A DNA stretch of 64,000 nt from NCBI GenBank assembly GCA_030019215.1, contig JASEEZ010000001.1:84211-148210 (forward strand), given 5' to 3'. The position numbers were made by a program, and so were the translations under genes. The DNA comes from Actinomycetota bacterium (GTDB taxonomy: Bacteria; Actinomycetota; Aquicultoria; Subteraquimicrobiales; UBA9087). Each line of letters starts with the position of its first letter. Positions within the stretch are counted from its first letter, which is position 1. This document shows, piece after piece, positions 37,617 through 47,547 of the stretch. The notes under the pieces are model-generated. The model was not told the DNA's origin. It was given only the letters and a program-made list of their open reading frames with translations, and did no database searches.

Positions 37617-38315
37617 TCAACGGGAAATTGCTCTTCTCAAACCCCTGATCGCCTCCGCTATATCAAAATGATTAAAGACGGCGGAGCCAGCAACCAGTAT
37701 ATCTGCTCCCGCCTTCACTACATCCAGAGCATTCTCGGGGCAAATCCCGCCATCGACCTCGATCTCGACTGAAAGGTTTCGCTCTTTGATCATATCCCTC
37801 AAAAGACAGATTTTCTTCAATGACTGCGGAATGAACTCCTGTCCTCCAAAACCGGGGTTGACGGTCATCACAAGGGCAAAATCTATCTCGTCCAAGACGT
37901 TGGCCAGATTCGTCAAAGCGGTGGCTGGATTCAGGGCCACTCCCACCTTAACCCCGTCGTAGGACTTAATCCTCTGAATGACCCGATGAAGATGCGTGCA
38001 GGCTTCGAGATGGACCGAAAGAAGATTTGCCCCGGCCCCGATGAAATCCTCGATGTAAAATTCGGGATTCGCGATCATCAAATGTACATCAAGGGGGAGC
38101 TTCGTACATCGCTTGACCGCAGAAACGACTAAGGGACCTACGGTAATATTGGGCACAAAGTGGCCATCCATCACATCGACATGGATATAGTCCGCCCCGG
38201 CCTTCTCGGCCTTCTTTACCTGTTCGCACAGGGCTGTAAAATCGGCGGAAAGAATCGACGGAGCGATCTTTGTCCCTCTTCGCCCCGCCGATGGCGGGGT
38301 AAATTTACGTTCCAC
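37617..38315 (-). CDS. rpe: Ribulose-phosphate 3-epimerase
   Basis: IAPSILSADF, HVDVMDGHFVPN, DVHLM, MTVNPGFGGQ, EVDGG; probable GTG start at 38315. Confidence 0.96.
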   Translation of the reverse strand: MERKFTPPSAGRRGTKIAPSILSADFTALCEQVKKAEKAGADYIHVDVMDGHFVPNITVGPLVVSAVKRCTKLPLDVHLMIANPEFYIEDFIGAGANLLSVHLEACTHLHRVIQRIKSYDGVKVGVALNPATALTNLANVLDEIDFALVMTVNPGFGGQEFIPQSLKKICLLRDMIKERNLSVEIEVDGGICPENALDVVKAGADILVAGSAVFNHFDIAEAIRGLRRAISR

Positions 38316-38350
38316 GGGAATCCCCTTAAACTCCTTTCGAAATTGCAGAG

Positions 38351-38504
38351 GTGGAGCCCCACGGACTGATGTCCGTGGCACCTCCACATGCTTCGTCAGG
38401 GCGGAACCCTTCCGAAGCGTACCCGCCTTCGCCGAGGCTACGGCGGGGTACCCTTTTCGCTTCATCCCCGCACTTACGTACGGGGCTTTCGCGAAGGAGG
38501 GTAA
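38351..38504 (-). mobile_element. Non-autonomous IS200/IS605-type element (PATE-like)
   Basis: Minus strand TTAC...AAAG-CCCCGTACGTAAGTGCGGGG (IS608-like target, guide, hairpin) and right hairpin CCACGGACATCAGTCCGTGG..CCAC; no ORF. Confidence 0.75.
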
Positions 38505-38554
38505 AAGAATTTTAGCATCAAGTCTCAGTTCAATTCAAGGAAAACAGGCGAAAC

Positions 38555-40021
38555 TCAACTTCGGAGAAGTCGAGCTATAAACATTCCATCGGTTCCATGT
38601 TTGTGGGGAAGAAGTTGAAACCCACCGTCAAAATTTGAATCCTGTGGCATATCCGGGACATCATCCAAGGAAAACTCTGGGTGCCCCTTCAAAAAACCCT
38701 TCACAACCTCGGTAGTTTCCTTCCTAGAGATGGTGCAAACAGAATAGACCAAAACCCCACCGGGCTTGACAAACCCTGCGGCGGACTCCAGTAGTCTCAC
38801 TTGCAAACGAGAAAGTTCCTTGATCTGACCGAGGTTTTTTCGCCACCTGGAGTCAGGGCGTTTGGCCAGAACTCCCAAACCCGAACAGGGGGCATCCACC
38901 AAGATCCTGTCCACCGGCTCTTTGATTACCCCTCCCAAGAGGGTACCATCGGCCTCAACTGTAGCTACAATCTCCACCCCCAGCTGCTTGCAGGTTCTCC
39001 TGAGCAACCTCAAACGCTGAGCATGAATATCCACGGCGATGATCAAACCCTGGTTCCCCATCAATTGGGCAAGGTGGGTGGTCTTTCCCCCGGGAGCAGC
39101 ACACACATCCAGAATCGTCTCACCGGCCTGAGGAGCTACAACTCGGCTCACCAAAATGGAGCTCTCACCTTGAACCGTAAACAAGCCCTGCTTGAACTCG
39201 GGAAGATTCAAAACCGATCTTCCTTCTCTGATGATGAGAGCCTCGGGGATCAGTTCGCTTCGAACAACCTTTAACTTTCTTTTCTCGAGAAGGGGGATTA
39301 GCTTTTCGGGGGATGTTTTTAGGGTGTTCACCCGCACTGAAAGCTTTGGGCGAAGATTATTTGCCTGACACAACTTCTCGGTCTCCTTCAAGCCTAACTC
39401 CTTCACCCACATCTTCACCATCCATCTGGGGTGCGAATACTTCAGCGAGATGAAATCGACGGGATTCTTATTGAAATCGGGCCAGGGGAGTTCGTCTTTC
39501 TTGGTGGCTACCCGTCTCAAAACGGCATTTACGAAATTCGCTATGCGCGGTGGGAAAAACTTCTTGGCCAGCTTCACCGACTCATTGCAGGCTGCATGAG
39601 CGGGGATTCTCTCGGTAAAAATCAATTGGTAGCCACCCATCCTCAGAATGTCCAAAGCCAGCGGGGAAACAGACTCCAAGCCATGAGGCAAAAATCGACC
39701 AATTATCCAATCCAGAGTGCCCTCCGACCTCAGCGTCCCATAGACAATCTCCGTTGCCAAAGCTCGGTCGCGAGCAGAAAGACTGCTCTCACTGAGCATA
39801 TGAGGCAGAAGGATGTTGGCATAGCCCTCCGTTTGATGAACCCTGTGAATTGCCTCCAGAGCCAACTCCCTGGCCGTCCTTTTGGGCTGACTTGTCCCAT
39901 CCCGCCATTGGCGGGGCCCAGTCCTTGCTTGTTCGCGGCCGGCTGGTTGCCTTTTCGCTTTTTGTCCTTTGTCGCTCGCCGTCCGCCGTCCGCCGACCGT
40001 CCTTCGTCTATCCGCCTTCAT
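38555..40021 (-). CDS. rsmB: 16S rRNA m5C967 methyltransferase
   Basis: NusB-like N-domain, DVCAAPGGKT, LVDAPCSG.G, YSVCT, DGMFIA; exact start uncertain. Confidence 0.95.
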   Translation of the reverse strand: MKADRRRTVGGRRTASDKGQKAKRQPAGREQARTGPRQWRDGTSQPKRTARELALEAIHRVHQTEGYANILLPHMLSESSLSARDRALATEIVYGTLRSEGTLDWIIGRFLPHGLESVSPLALDILRMGGYQLIFTERIPAHAACNESVKLAKKFFPPRIANFVNAVLRRVATKKDELPWPDFNKNPVDFISLKYSHPRWMVKMWVKELGLKETEKLCQANNLRPKLSVRVNTLKTSPEKLIPLLEKRKLKVVRSELIPEALIIREGRSVLNLPEFKQGLFTVQGESSILVSRVVAPQAGETILDVCAAPGGKTTHLAQLMGNQGLIIAVDIHAQRLRLLRRTCKQLGVEIVATVEADGTLLGGVIKEPVDRILVDAPCSGLGVLAKRPDSRWRKNLGQIKELSRLQVRLLESAAGFVKPGGVLVYSVCTISRKETTEVVKGFLKGHPEFSLDDVPDMPQDSNFDGGFQLLPHKHGTDGMFIARLLRS

Positions 40022-40089
40022 TTCCCGTCCTTCGCCCCGCTCGCTAGCTTTCATCCTCCACCGGATACCGAGTACATCAACTTCCCAGT

Positions 40090-40242
40090 TGAACTTTTGC
40101 GTTCTTAGAAAAAACCTCACTCATTCTGGCCGTACTGCACCTGCCCCGTGTCCCGACTTGTCGGGATTTTCGGGGTGTTTTCGGAGGTCTGGCCTTTGCC
40201 AAAATCAATTGTTTGCCCATAGTTTAAAAGCGCAAAAGTTTA
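40090..40242. mobile_element. MITE family 1, copy B with target-site duplication
   Basis: TIR TGAACTTTTGCG / CGCAAAAGTTTA flanked by CTTCCCAGT and CTTCCCAGC. Confidence 0.85.
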
Positions 40243-41186
40243 CTTCCCAGCTTTTCTCCCGCTTTAACTTCGTGTCCCCGACAAAACTCCGTCGCCGTCA
40301 TCGCCTGCCTGCCCTCAAGTTGAACCCGGCTCACCAGAAGCTCTCCTTGACCACAGGCAACTACAAATCCCCTCCTCGCATCGACCTCGAGGACAATCCC
40401 CGGTTTTAGGTCCTCCCGACTCGATACCCCACTCAGAGCCTCCCATATCTTCAACCGCTTCCCCTTATAAAATGTGTACGCCCCCGGCTGAGGGTTCAAT
40501 GCCCGAATGAGATTTCGAACGCTCTCCGCGGAAAGAGACCAGTCGATGAAGGCCTCTTCCTTCGCCACCTTTGGAGCATAAGTAGCGATCTTCTCATCCT
40601 GCTCCACCGGAGTTATCGCTTCCCTCGATAGGCCCTCGATGGTCGTCAGAAGGAGTTCTGCTCCCAACCTCGAAAGCCTCTCGCTTAAATCCCCAGCGGT
40701 ATCATCGGGGCCAACAGGAACGGCGGATTGCAAGAGGATATCCCCCATATCCAGGCCCTCGTCCATAAAAATCGTCGTAACACCGGTTATTTCACAGCCA
40801 TCCATTATCGCTCTCTGGATAGGAGCCGCGCCACGATACTTGGGGAGAAGAGAGGCATGAACATTCACACAGCCGTATCTGGGCAAACGCAAAAGCCAAC
40901 CGGGAATTATTTGCCCGTAAGCGACGACGACCACCAGATCCGGCCTCAGCTCATCAATCTTCCGCTTAAAGCTCTCATCGTTCAAAGTCGACGGTTGCAG
41001 GACGGGTAGGTGATTTTCCGATGCCAATTCCTTGACGGGAGAAGGAGAAAGATGAAGGTGTCTTCCCTTGGGGCGATCCGGCTGGGTGACCACCGCTACT
41101 ATCTCGTGTTCGCTCTCGAGAAGACCCCGAAGGCTCGGCACCGCAAATTCCGGTGTACCCATGAAGACTATCCTCAAGCAAATCAC
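40224..41186 (-). CDS. fmt: Methionyl-tRNA formyltransferase
   Basis: IVFMGTPEFA, VTQPDRP.GR, NVHASLLPKYRGAAPI. Confidence 0.97.
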   Translation of the reverse strand: MICLRIVFMGTPEFAVPSLRGLLESEHEIVAVVTQPDRPKGRHLHLSPSPVKELASENHLPVLQPSTLNDESFKRKIDELRPDLVVVVAYGQIIPGWLLRLPRYGCVNVHASLLPKYRGAAPIQRAIMDGCEITGVTTIFMDEGLDMGDILLQSAVPVGPDDTAGDLSERLSRLGAELLLTTIEGLSREAITPVEQDEKIATYAPKVAKEEAFIDWSLSAESVRNLIRALNPQPGAYTFYKGKRLKIWEALSGVSSREDLKPGIVLEVDARRGFVVACGQGELLVSRVQLEGRQAMTATEFCRGHEVKAGEKLGSKLLRF

Positions 41187-41827
41187 CCTCCGCGAGGAGA
41201 TCCCTTCAGCTTCTCCAGAATCCTCCCGATCGGCCTCAAGAGAATTCCAGTCACCTTGCCCATGACCGAAAGAGGACCAGCCTTCATAGATCGAGAAACC
41301 AAACCGGATGCCTTGCCCGGGGTAAAGGAATTAAGGCTAGTGACCTCCTCCAGATCCAGACGCGGTGGGGGCTTGGGGATCTCGGCGGGATAGCCCAAAG
41401 TAACCAGCCCCACCACGGCAAAATGATCGGGTATGTTTAGGATCTCCTTGACTCGCTCTTCATCGTATATTCCAATCCAACAACTCCCCAGACCGAGAGC
41501 ATGAGCCGCGATCATCAAGTTCTCCCCCGCTAAAGAACAATCAATCTTATACCAGTCCGATTTTCTCGTATCCCCGCAGATGACGATGAGAACGGGGACT
41601 TCCGAAACGTGATGGGACTTGAGAAAATAAAATCTAGCCCCTCTCCCTATCTCCTCCTTCAAACGAGGATCGGTGACCACCACAAATCTCCAGGGCTGCA
41701 GATTTCCCCCAGTGGGAGCCCAACGAGCCACATCGAGAATTTGTAAAATGGTCTCCCTTGAAACAGCCTTCTCTTTGTATCTTCGGACGCTTCGGCGAGA
41801 CTTTATTAGATGTAGCAGGTCAGTCAT
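41183..41827 (-). CDS. Nitroreductase family protein
   Basis: RRSVRRY, APTGGNLQPW.FVVV, GLGSCWIG, LGYP; probable ATG 41827. Confidence 0.9.
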   Translation of the reverse strand: MTDLLHLIKSRRSVRRYKEKAVSRETILQILDVARWAPTGGNLQPWRFVVVTDPRLKEEIGRGARFYFLKSHHVSEVPVLIVICGDTRKSDWYKIDCSLAGENLMIAAHALGLGSCWIGIYDEERVKEILNIPDHFAVVGLVTLGYPAEIPKPPPRLDLEEVTSLNSFTPGKASGLVSRSMKAGPLSVMGKVTGILLRPIGRILEKLKGSPRGG

Positions 41828-42362
41828 GAGATCCCCGGCGGAGAATTTCCTGTTGAGGAACGGTTTGGGCAAATCCGCTCATTTGCTGCAGAGTCTTTCT
41901 GCGTTCAGCCTTGCTCATCCGATCAAGGATGAGGATGCCATCAAGATGATCCACTTCATGCTGGATGACCCTGGCCAATAATCCCTCCGCCCTAAACTCC
42001 ACCTTTTTCCCCTCCGGTGTGAGTGCTCTCACTTTTATCTTCTCTGAACGCTTTATGGGCACTTTGATGTCGGGGACGCTCAAACACCCTTCTTCCTCTT
42101 CTTCCGTCTTCTTGCTTCGCCAGACTATCTCCGGATTGATGTAGGAGACGAGGCCCTCACCTAGATCAAATATAAATACTCGTTTGAGAACACCAACCTG
42201 AGGGGCAGCCAATCCTATGCCCTGTGCATCGTACATGATCTCGGCCAAGTTCTTGATCAGATCCCTGATTCCATGATCCACTTCCCTTACCGGAAGCGAC
42301 TTCTCATTTAACGCCGGATCGCCAAATCTCCTTATAGATAAAACAGCCATGTCTTCCTCCAC
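41820..42362 (-). CDS. def: Peptide deformylase
   Basis: GIGLAAPQVG, EGCLS, QHEVDHLDG. Confidence 0.97.
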   Translation of the reverse strand: MEEDMAVLSIRRFGDPALNEKSLPVREVDHGIRDLIKNLAEIMYDAQGIGLAAPQVGVLKRVFIFDLGEGLVSYINPEIVWRSKKTEEEEEGCLSVPDIKVPIKRSEKIKVRALTPEGKKVEFRAEGLLARVIQHEVDHLDGILILDRMSKAERRKTLQQMSGFAQTVPQQEILRRGSHD

Positions 42363-42369
42363 CTAAAAG

Positions 42370-42410
42370 TGAACTTTTGCGTTCTTAGAGAAGAAAGCCT
42401 CATTCATGCC
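42370..42410. mobile_element. MITE family 1, left-end fragment
   Basis: TGAACTTTTGCGTTCTTAGAGAAGAAAGCCTCATTCAT matches the 11358 and 40090 left ends. Confidence 0.75.
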
Positions 42411-42442
42411 AAACACTTTAAGATTCAACCCCACCATCCACG

Positions 42443-44953
42443 CTATAGCATCCAGACCGGGTCCACATCGATGGAAATATTCACATCCTCCGCACAATCT
42501 TCGGGCAACAGCCGCCTAAAATTCTCCCTTAAGAAACCTTTGACCACAGCAGGATCGCCTACCTTCAAGATTATATGCCATCTGAACTTGTTTTTTATCT
42601 TGGGGAGCGGAGCCGGAGCCGGACCAAGCATGCCCACCAGGCCATCGAGTTTAACCGAGGTGAGAAACTTACCCGCCTCACTCGCCGCCTTCTCCGTCCG
42701 AGCTTCATCCCTTCCCGAGATAAGGATGTTGACCAGATGGCAGAAGGGGGGATAGAGCAGCTCCTCCCTCAAGGGCAGCTCCTGAGAGTAAAAGTGATCA
42801 TAATCGCCCTGGGTTAGAGCCTGGATAGCATAGCTCTCGGGCAAATAGGTTTGGACAATGACCCTGCCGGGGCGTTTTCCTCGACCTGCCCTTCCGCTCA
42901 CCTGCATCAGCAATTGAAAAGTCCTCTCACCAGCTCGAAAATCGGGAAGGTTCAGAGCTGTATCGGCATTGATGACTCCCACCAAAGTAACCTCGGGAAA
43001 ATCCAGGCCCTTGGCGATCATCTGGGTGCCCAAAAGCACACTCACCTCTCGGCTCTGGAACTCCATCAACCTCCTACGATGCGATTCTCTCCGGGTGGTG
43101 GTATCAGCATCCATTCTTATCACAGCAAGTTCCGGGAAGAACCTCTTCAGCTCGTTTTCGACCTTTTGAGTCCCCACGCCGAAATACCCAATTCTATAAC
43201 CACCACATCGGGGACAAATTTCGGGAGCCGGTGCCACATAATTGCAGTGATGACACTTCAAAACCCTTTTGTCGGCATGATAAGTCAAGGAAACGGCACA
43301 CTTTTTACATTTTAGCACCAAACCACATTCCCTGCATAGGATGAAGCTGGAAAACCCCCGCCTGTTCAGAAAGAGGATCATCTTCCCCCGTGACCTTATG
43401 CACTCTTCCATCGCCTCTCGGAGACGCAAACTGAAGATGCCACGGTTACCGTTCTTCGTCTCATCGCGCATGTCCACTATCTCGATGTCAGGTAAAGGTC
43501 TATCCTCGATTCTCCTTGTCAACCTGGCCAGCTTGAACTGTCCTCTTTCGGCGCAGAACTTACTCTCCACAGCCGGGGTGGCGCTCCCCAAGATCACACA
43601 GGCGCCGCTCAACTGTGCCCTCTTCAATGCAACCTCACGGGCATGATATCTGGGATTCCGATTTTGCTTGTACGTGGTCTCGTGTTCTTCGTCCACAATG
43701 ATCAATCCCAGGTTTCGAAGGGGGGCAAAGAGCGCAGAGCGGGCCCCAACCACGACCTTGAAATCTCCCTCCTTTATCCTTCTCCACTGGTCAAACCTTT
43801 CTCCCATTCCAAGACCGCTATGAAGAACTGCCACGATTTCACCGAATCTTGCCCGGAATCGATGAACAGTCTGAGGGGTGAGAGCGATCTCGGAAACGAG
43901 AACGATGGCCGTTTTCCCCTTCGATAGGGCGTGGGCGATGGCCTGCAGATAAACCTCCGTCTTGCCGCTTCCGGTAACCCCTTGCAAAAGAAGGGTGGCC
44001 GAAATACCCTTGTCCAAAACATCTTTCACCTCACCCACGGCTTTCTCTTGTTCGCCGGTCAAGCTCGTGGGGAGCCGAACGACCTCAGGATAGTAGAAAT
44101 CCAGTTCCCGAAAGGTAGAGTATTCAAAAAGCTCAACGAGACTCTTGGTCACCAGAGAACTCAGAGAAGCACGCGGGGCATCGGCCAAGGAAAGTAGTTC
44201 GTGAACGGGCATTTGCTCGCCCTCCAGGAGTATCTCCAGAATTCTCTGTTGCTTGGGGGCCCTTGTCGTGAGATCGGAAACGACCTCCCTTGCCCTCGCC
44301 GGTGAGACCCCCAGCCTTATCCATTGTTCATGTTTGATATCAACCTTGGGCTCACTGACACAATACTTTCTGGAGACAAAGCCTTCTCCCTCAAGCTCGC
44401 CGATGAGGGAGGATGTCCGCTTTCCGAATGTCTTCCTGAGGGCTCCCGGGGAAGCCTTCCCGCCAAGCTCGGCCATCTTCCGCAGTACCTCTCGTCGTTG
44501 GCGAGCAGAGGCGGGAACCTTCTCGAGTAATTTACCGATGTCACCGTTCAGCAAAATATGTTGAGATACCCTCCTTCCCCTCCCGGGAGGAAGAGCAAGT
44601 TTAAGAGCCTCACCCAACGTGGAAAGGTAATAATCGGCGACCCAGCGGCAAAGATCGACCATCTCTCGATCGAAGGCGGGAGTCTCCTCGATGACCTCCC
44701 TGATTGGGCTGAGTCGCGGAAATAAACGTTCTGAGGTCAAAGCGATGACGTAACCTACCCTCAAGCTCGGACCAAAGGGGACCAAAACCGTGGAGCCTAT
44801 ATCAACCTTAGTGGATAGGGCAGAAGGGATGATGTATTCAAAGGGATGATCGACTTCCCGTACGGGGATATCAATAATAACCTGGGCATAGCGCTGCTCT
44901 GGAGTCAATGGGTGCGGTCCTCCATCAAGATATTTCCCGTTGATTATAACCAA
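42443..44953 (-). CDS. priA: Primosomal protein N'
   Basis: GVTGSGKTEVY, VDEEH, CxxC clusters, GTQMIAKGLDF, QVSGRAGR; possible TTG start at 44908. Confidence 0.97.
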   Translation of the reverse strand: MVIINGKYLDGGPHPLTPEQRYAQVIIDIPVREVDHPFEYIIPSALSTKVDIGSTVLVPFGPSLRVGYVIALTSERLFPRLSPIREVIEETPAFDREMVDLCRWVADYYLSTLGEALKLALPPGRGRRVSQHILLNGDIGKLLEKVPASARQRREVLRKMAELGGKASPGALRKTFGKRTSSLIGELEGEGFVSRKYCVSEPKVDIKHEQWIRLGVSPARAREVVSDLTTRAPKQQRILEILLEGEQMPVHELLSLADAPRASLSSLVTKSLVELFEYSTFRELDFYYPEVVRLPTSLTGEQEKAVGEVKDVLDKGISATLLLQGVTGSGKTEVYLQAIAHALSKGKTAIVLVSEIALTPQTVHRFRARFGEIVAVLHSGLGMGERFDQWRRIKEGDFKVVVGARSALFAPLRNLGLIIVDEEHETTYKQNRNPRYHAREVALKRAQLSGACVILGSATPAVESKFCAERGQFKLARLTRRIEDRPLPDIEIVDMRDETKNGNRGIFSLRLREAMEECIRSRGKMILFLNRRGFSSFILCRECGLVLKCKKCAVSLTYHADKRVLKCHHCNYVAPAPEICPRCGGYRIGYFGVGTQKVENELKRFFPELAVIRMDADTTTRRESHRRRLMEFQSREVSVLLGTQMIAKGLDFPEVTLVGVINADTALNLPDFRAGERTFQLLMQVSGRAGRGKRPGRVIVQTYLPESYAIQALTQGDYDHFYSQELPLREELLYPPFCHLVNILISGRDEARTEKAASEAGKFLTSVKLDGLVGMLGPAPAPLPKIKNKFRWHIILKVGDPAVVKGFLRENFRRLLPEDCAEDVNISIDVDPVWML

Positions 44954-45031
44954 TTTCTGACTCCCCCGATAGACTCCAAGATTTCAACTTCTGATATAAT
45001 CTTTTCACCAACTAACTATGGAGGGTTGAGA

Positions 45032-45979
45032 TTGGCAATCCTTTCGCCCCCAGACGCACGTTTACCCCGTAAGACCTTCGGTCTCTTATGGGGTAAACGG
45101 AGTGCATACAAACATTGGGCTGTGTTGATTGGTCTTGTCCTTGTTTTCTCCTGCCTGTCCTTTCCCACCCACTCTTCCGCCGTCACCCAAAAGGAAGTCG
45201 AGAAAGCCAAGACGGAGGCTTCTCGAGTAGACAAGCGCCTCGCCGAAATCATTGAAGAGTACACCGAGGCAACCGACGAGTTGGCAAAACTTCAAAGAAC
45301 AATCGAGCAGAATCAAAAACTCCTCAAAGAAGCCGAGATGAAATTGAATCGTGCCGTTCAAAATCTAAACCGTCGAGTCGTCAATCTGTACAAGGAAAAG
45401 CCCACCACCCTGCTCACAACCCTTCTGCACAGCCAAGACCTTCGGGAATTCCTTCTCAAGCTCGACTTCCTGATCAGAATCGCTCAGCAAGATGCAAAGT
45501 TGGTGAACTCCCTGAAGAACTCCCAGAAGGAAGTGGAAAAGGCAATCACACAAATGGAGAGCGCAAGGTTGAAACAGGAAGAAGTCGTGGATAGACTTCA
45601 GCGCCTCAAAGATCAACTCCAAAAGGAATTAGAGGCAAAGCAAGATAAAGTCGCCCACCTTCAAAGAGAACTGGAGCGCCAGCGCAAAGCAGAGGAAATG
45701 GCCAGAAAACTCACTGCCAGGAGAATTTCCATCCCTCCCCCCTCTGGGAAAACCGAGGAAGGGTGGGCCAGTTGGTATGGGATTGCGGGATATACCGCAG
45801 CTCACCGGACACTTCCCTTCAAGGCGAAAGTTAGGGTAACCAACCTCATTAATGGGAATCAGGTCGAGGTGACGATAGTGGATAGGGGACCCTTTACGTC
45901 TAGTCGAATCATTGACCTCTCCAGAGAGTCCTTCTCACAACTCGCTCCCCTAAGCCGGGGCTATGCTACGTGCGCCTAG
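45032..45979 (+). CDS. Coiled-coil plus RlpA-like lytic transglycosylase domain protein, C-terminus apparently truncated
   Basis: Signal-like segment, PcsB-like coiled coil, [26 protein letters not shown]. Confidence 0.8.
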   Translation: MAILSPPDARLPRKTFGLLWGKRSAYKHWAVLIGLVLVFSCLSFPTHSSAVTQKEVEKAKTEASRVDKRLAEIIEEYTEATDELAKLQRTIEQNQKLLKEAEMKLNRAVQNLNRRVVNLYKEKPTTLLTTLLHSQDLREFLLKLDFLIRIAQQDAKLVNSLKNSQKEVEKAITQMESARLKQEEVVDRLQRLKDQLQKELEAKQDKVAHLQRELERQRKAEEMARKLTARRISIPPPSGKTEEGWASWYGIAGYTAAHRTLPFKAKVRVTNLINGNQVEVTIVDRGPFTSSRIIDLSRESFSQLAPLSRGYATCA

Positions 45980-47192
45980 AGGTTTTGTGACTCTTACAAC
46001 CCGCTTCTTTCCTCAAAACATCAGCCTTGTCCATTCGTTCCCAGGTAAAATCCTTGTCGGTTCGGCCAAAGTGCCCGTAACAAGCGGTTTTCTTGTAAAT
46101 CGGCCGCCTGAGATCCAAGTCTCTGATGATGGCCGCTGGACGGAGGTCGAAGTGCCCCATGATCAGTTCCTCTATCCATTTCGGATCTATCTTCGCCGTC
46201 CCAAAGGTGTCCACCATGAGAGAAACGGGATGTGCCACCCCAATGGCGTAGGCGATTTGAACCTCGCACTTATCCGCCAACCCAGCTGCAACCACATTTT
46301 TGGCCACGTAACGAGCGGCATAAGCACCTGAGCGATCGACCTTCGTCGGATCCTTGCCCGAGAAGCAACCTCCTCCGTGACGGGCCATACCACCATATGT
46401 GTCGACGATGGTCTTTCGACCGGTTACCCCAGTATCTCCCATCGGTCCACCGACCTCAAATTTTCCAGTGGGATTAACCAAGACCCTCACATTTTTGTAA
46501 TCTATCAATTCCTCCGGAATGACCGGTTTTATAACGTGGTCGATCAAATCGGGCTTTATTATTTGATCGACCCCTACACCGGGCCGGTGTTGGGCAGAGA
46601 TAAGAACTGTGCTCACCTTGAGGGGCTTTCCGTCCACATAATCCACTGTGACCTGTGTCTTTCCATCAGGCCTCAAGTACGGAAGTATCTTCGCCTTCCT
46701 CGCTTCAGCTAAGCGGTGGGCGAGTTTATGAGCCAGCATGATGGGCAAGGGCATGAGCTCAGGGGTCTCCCGGCAAGCGTAACCAAAGACCATACCTTGA
46801 TCTCCCGCTCCAAGCTTATCCAGCTCCCCATCTTCTACCTCACCGGTTCTATCCTCCAGAGCATGGTTGACTCCCACAGCAATGTCAGGTGACTGAGGAT
46901 CGATGGAGGTAATCACACCACAGGTGTCGCAGTCAAAACCATACTTTGCCCTCGTATAACCGGCTTCTCGAATCGTCTGCCTGATGATTTGGGGAATCTC
47001 CACATAGGTGCTCGTGGTTATCTCACCCGCTACTACAGCCAGACCTGTGGTAACAAGAGCCTCACAGGCCACCCTCCCCATGGGATCTTCGGTGTAGATG
47101 GCATCCAGGATAGCATCGGATATTTGATCAGCGATTTTATCCGGATGCCCCTCCGTCACCGACTCCGAGGTAAACTGATAGTGTTTCTTCAA
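45966..47192 (-). CDS. metK: S-adenosylmethionine synthetase
   Basis: [40 protein letters not shown]. Confidence 0.98.
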   Translation of the reverse strand: MKKHYQFTSESVTEGHPDKIADQISDAILDAIYTEDPMGRVACEALVTTGLAVVAGEITTSTYVEIPQIIRQTIREAGYTRAKYGFDCDTCGVITSIDPQSPDIAVGVNHALEDRTGEVEDGELDKLGAGDQGMVFGYACRETPELMPLPIMLAHKLAHRLAEARKAKILPYLRPDGKTQVTVDYVDGKPLKVSTVLISAQHRPGVGVDQIIKPDLIDHVIKPVIPEELIDYKNVRVLVNPTGKFEVGGPMGDTGVTGRKTIVDTYGGMARHGGGCFSGKDPTKVDRSGAYAARYVAKNVVAAGLADKCEVQIAYAIGVAHPVSLMVDTFGTAKIDPKWIEELIMGHFDLRPAAIIRDLDLRRPIYKKTACYGHFGRTDKDFTWERMDKADVLRKEAGCKSHKTSRRT

Positions 47193-47229
47193 TTCGATCT
47201 CCTCCTCTTAAATGCTTTCCGATTTAAGC

Positions 47230-47263
47230 AAAAAAAATCCCTCTTCTGACAGGAAAAGAGGGC
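47230..47263 (-). terminator. SAM-I riboswitch terminator
   Basis: CCCTCTTTT..AGAAGAGGG followed by a T-run. Confidence 0.75.
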
Positions 47264-47271
47264 TATGTAAC

Positions 47272-47489
47272 CTCTCATCTCCCAGAAATTCTCTGCAGGA
47301 ATTGGCACCTTGTAAAAACAGTCAATGCCCATCCGCCTAAAGCAGACTGCGAAATCAATCAACCGCTCGCTCAATGGTCAAAAGTCAATTATTTCCCTTT
47401 TGACCAAGCTGGAGGCTGATTAACTCTTGACTGATTTACAGGTTGCCGAGGCTTCATCGGGCCAGTCCCTCCACCTCTCCAGATAAGAG
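47272..47489 (-). ncRNA. SAM-I riboswitch with enlarged P3
   Basis: CTCTTATC..GAGAGGTGGAGGGACTGGCCCGATGAAGCC.CGGCAACC...GGTGCCAATTCC...GATGAGAG upstream of metK. Confidence 0.94.
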
Positions 47490-47547
47490 TCTTTATGAAA
47501 TTTTCAAAAACAAACCAAGAGAAGCCTAGCAGACCAAGAAATCTCAG

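Noticed and set aside
38316-38465. Extended N-terminus of Rpe (likewise Hpt, RsmB, PyrD, CoaBC in the ORF track)
   Set aside because: Upstream starts fall in MITEs, repeats or neighbouring genes; better starts lie downstream
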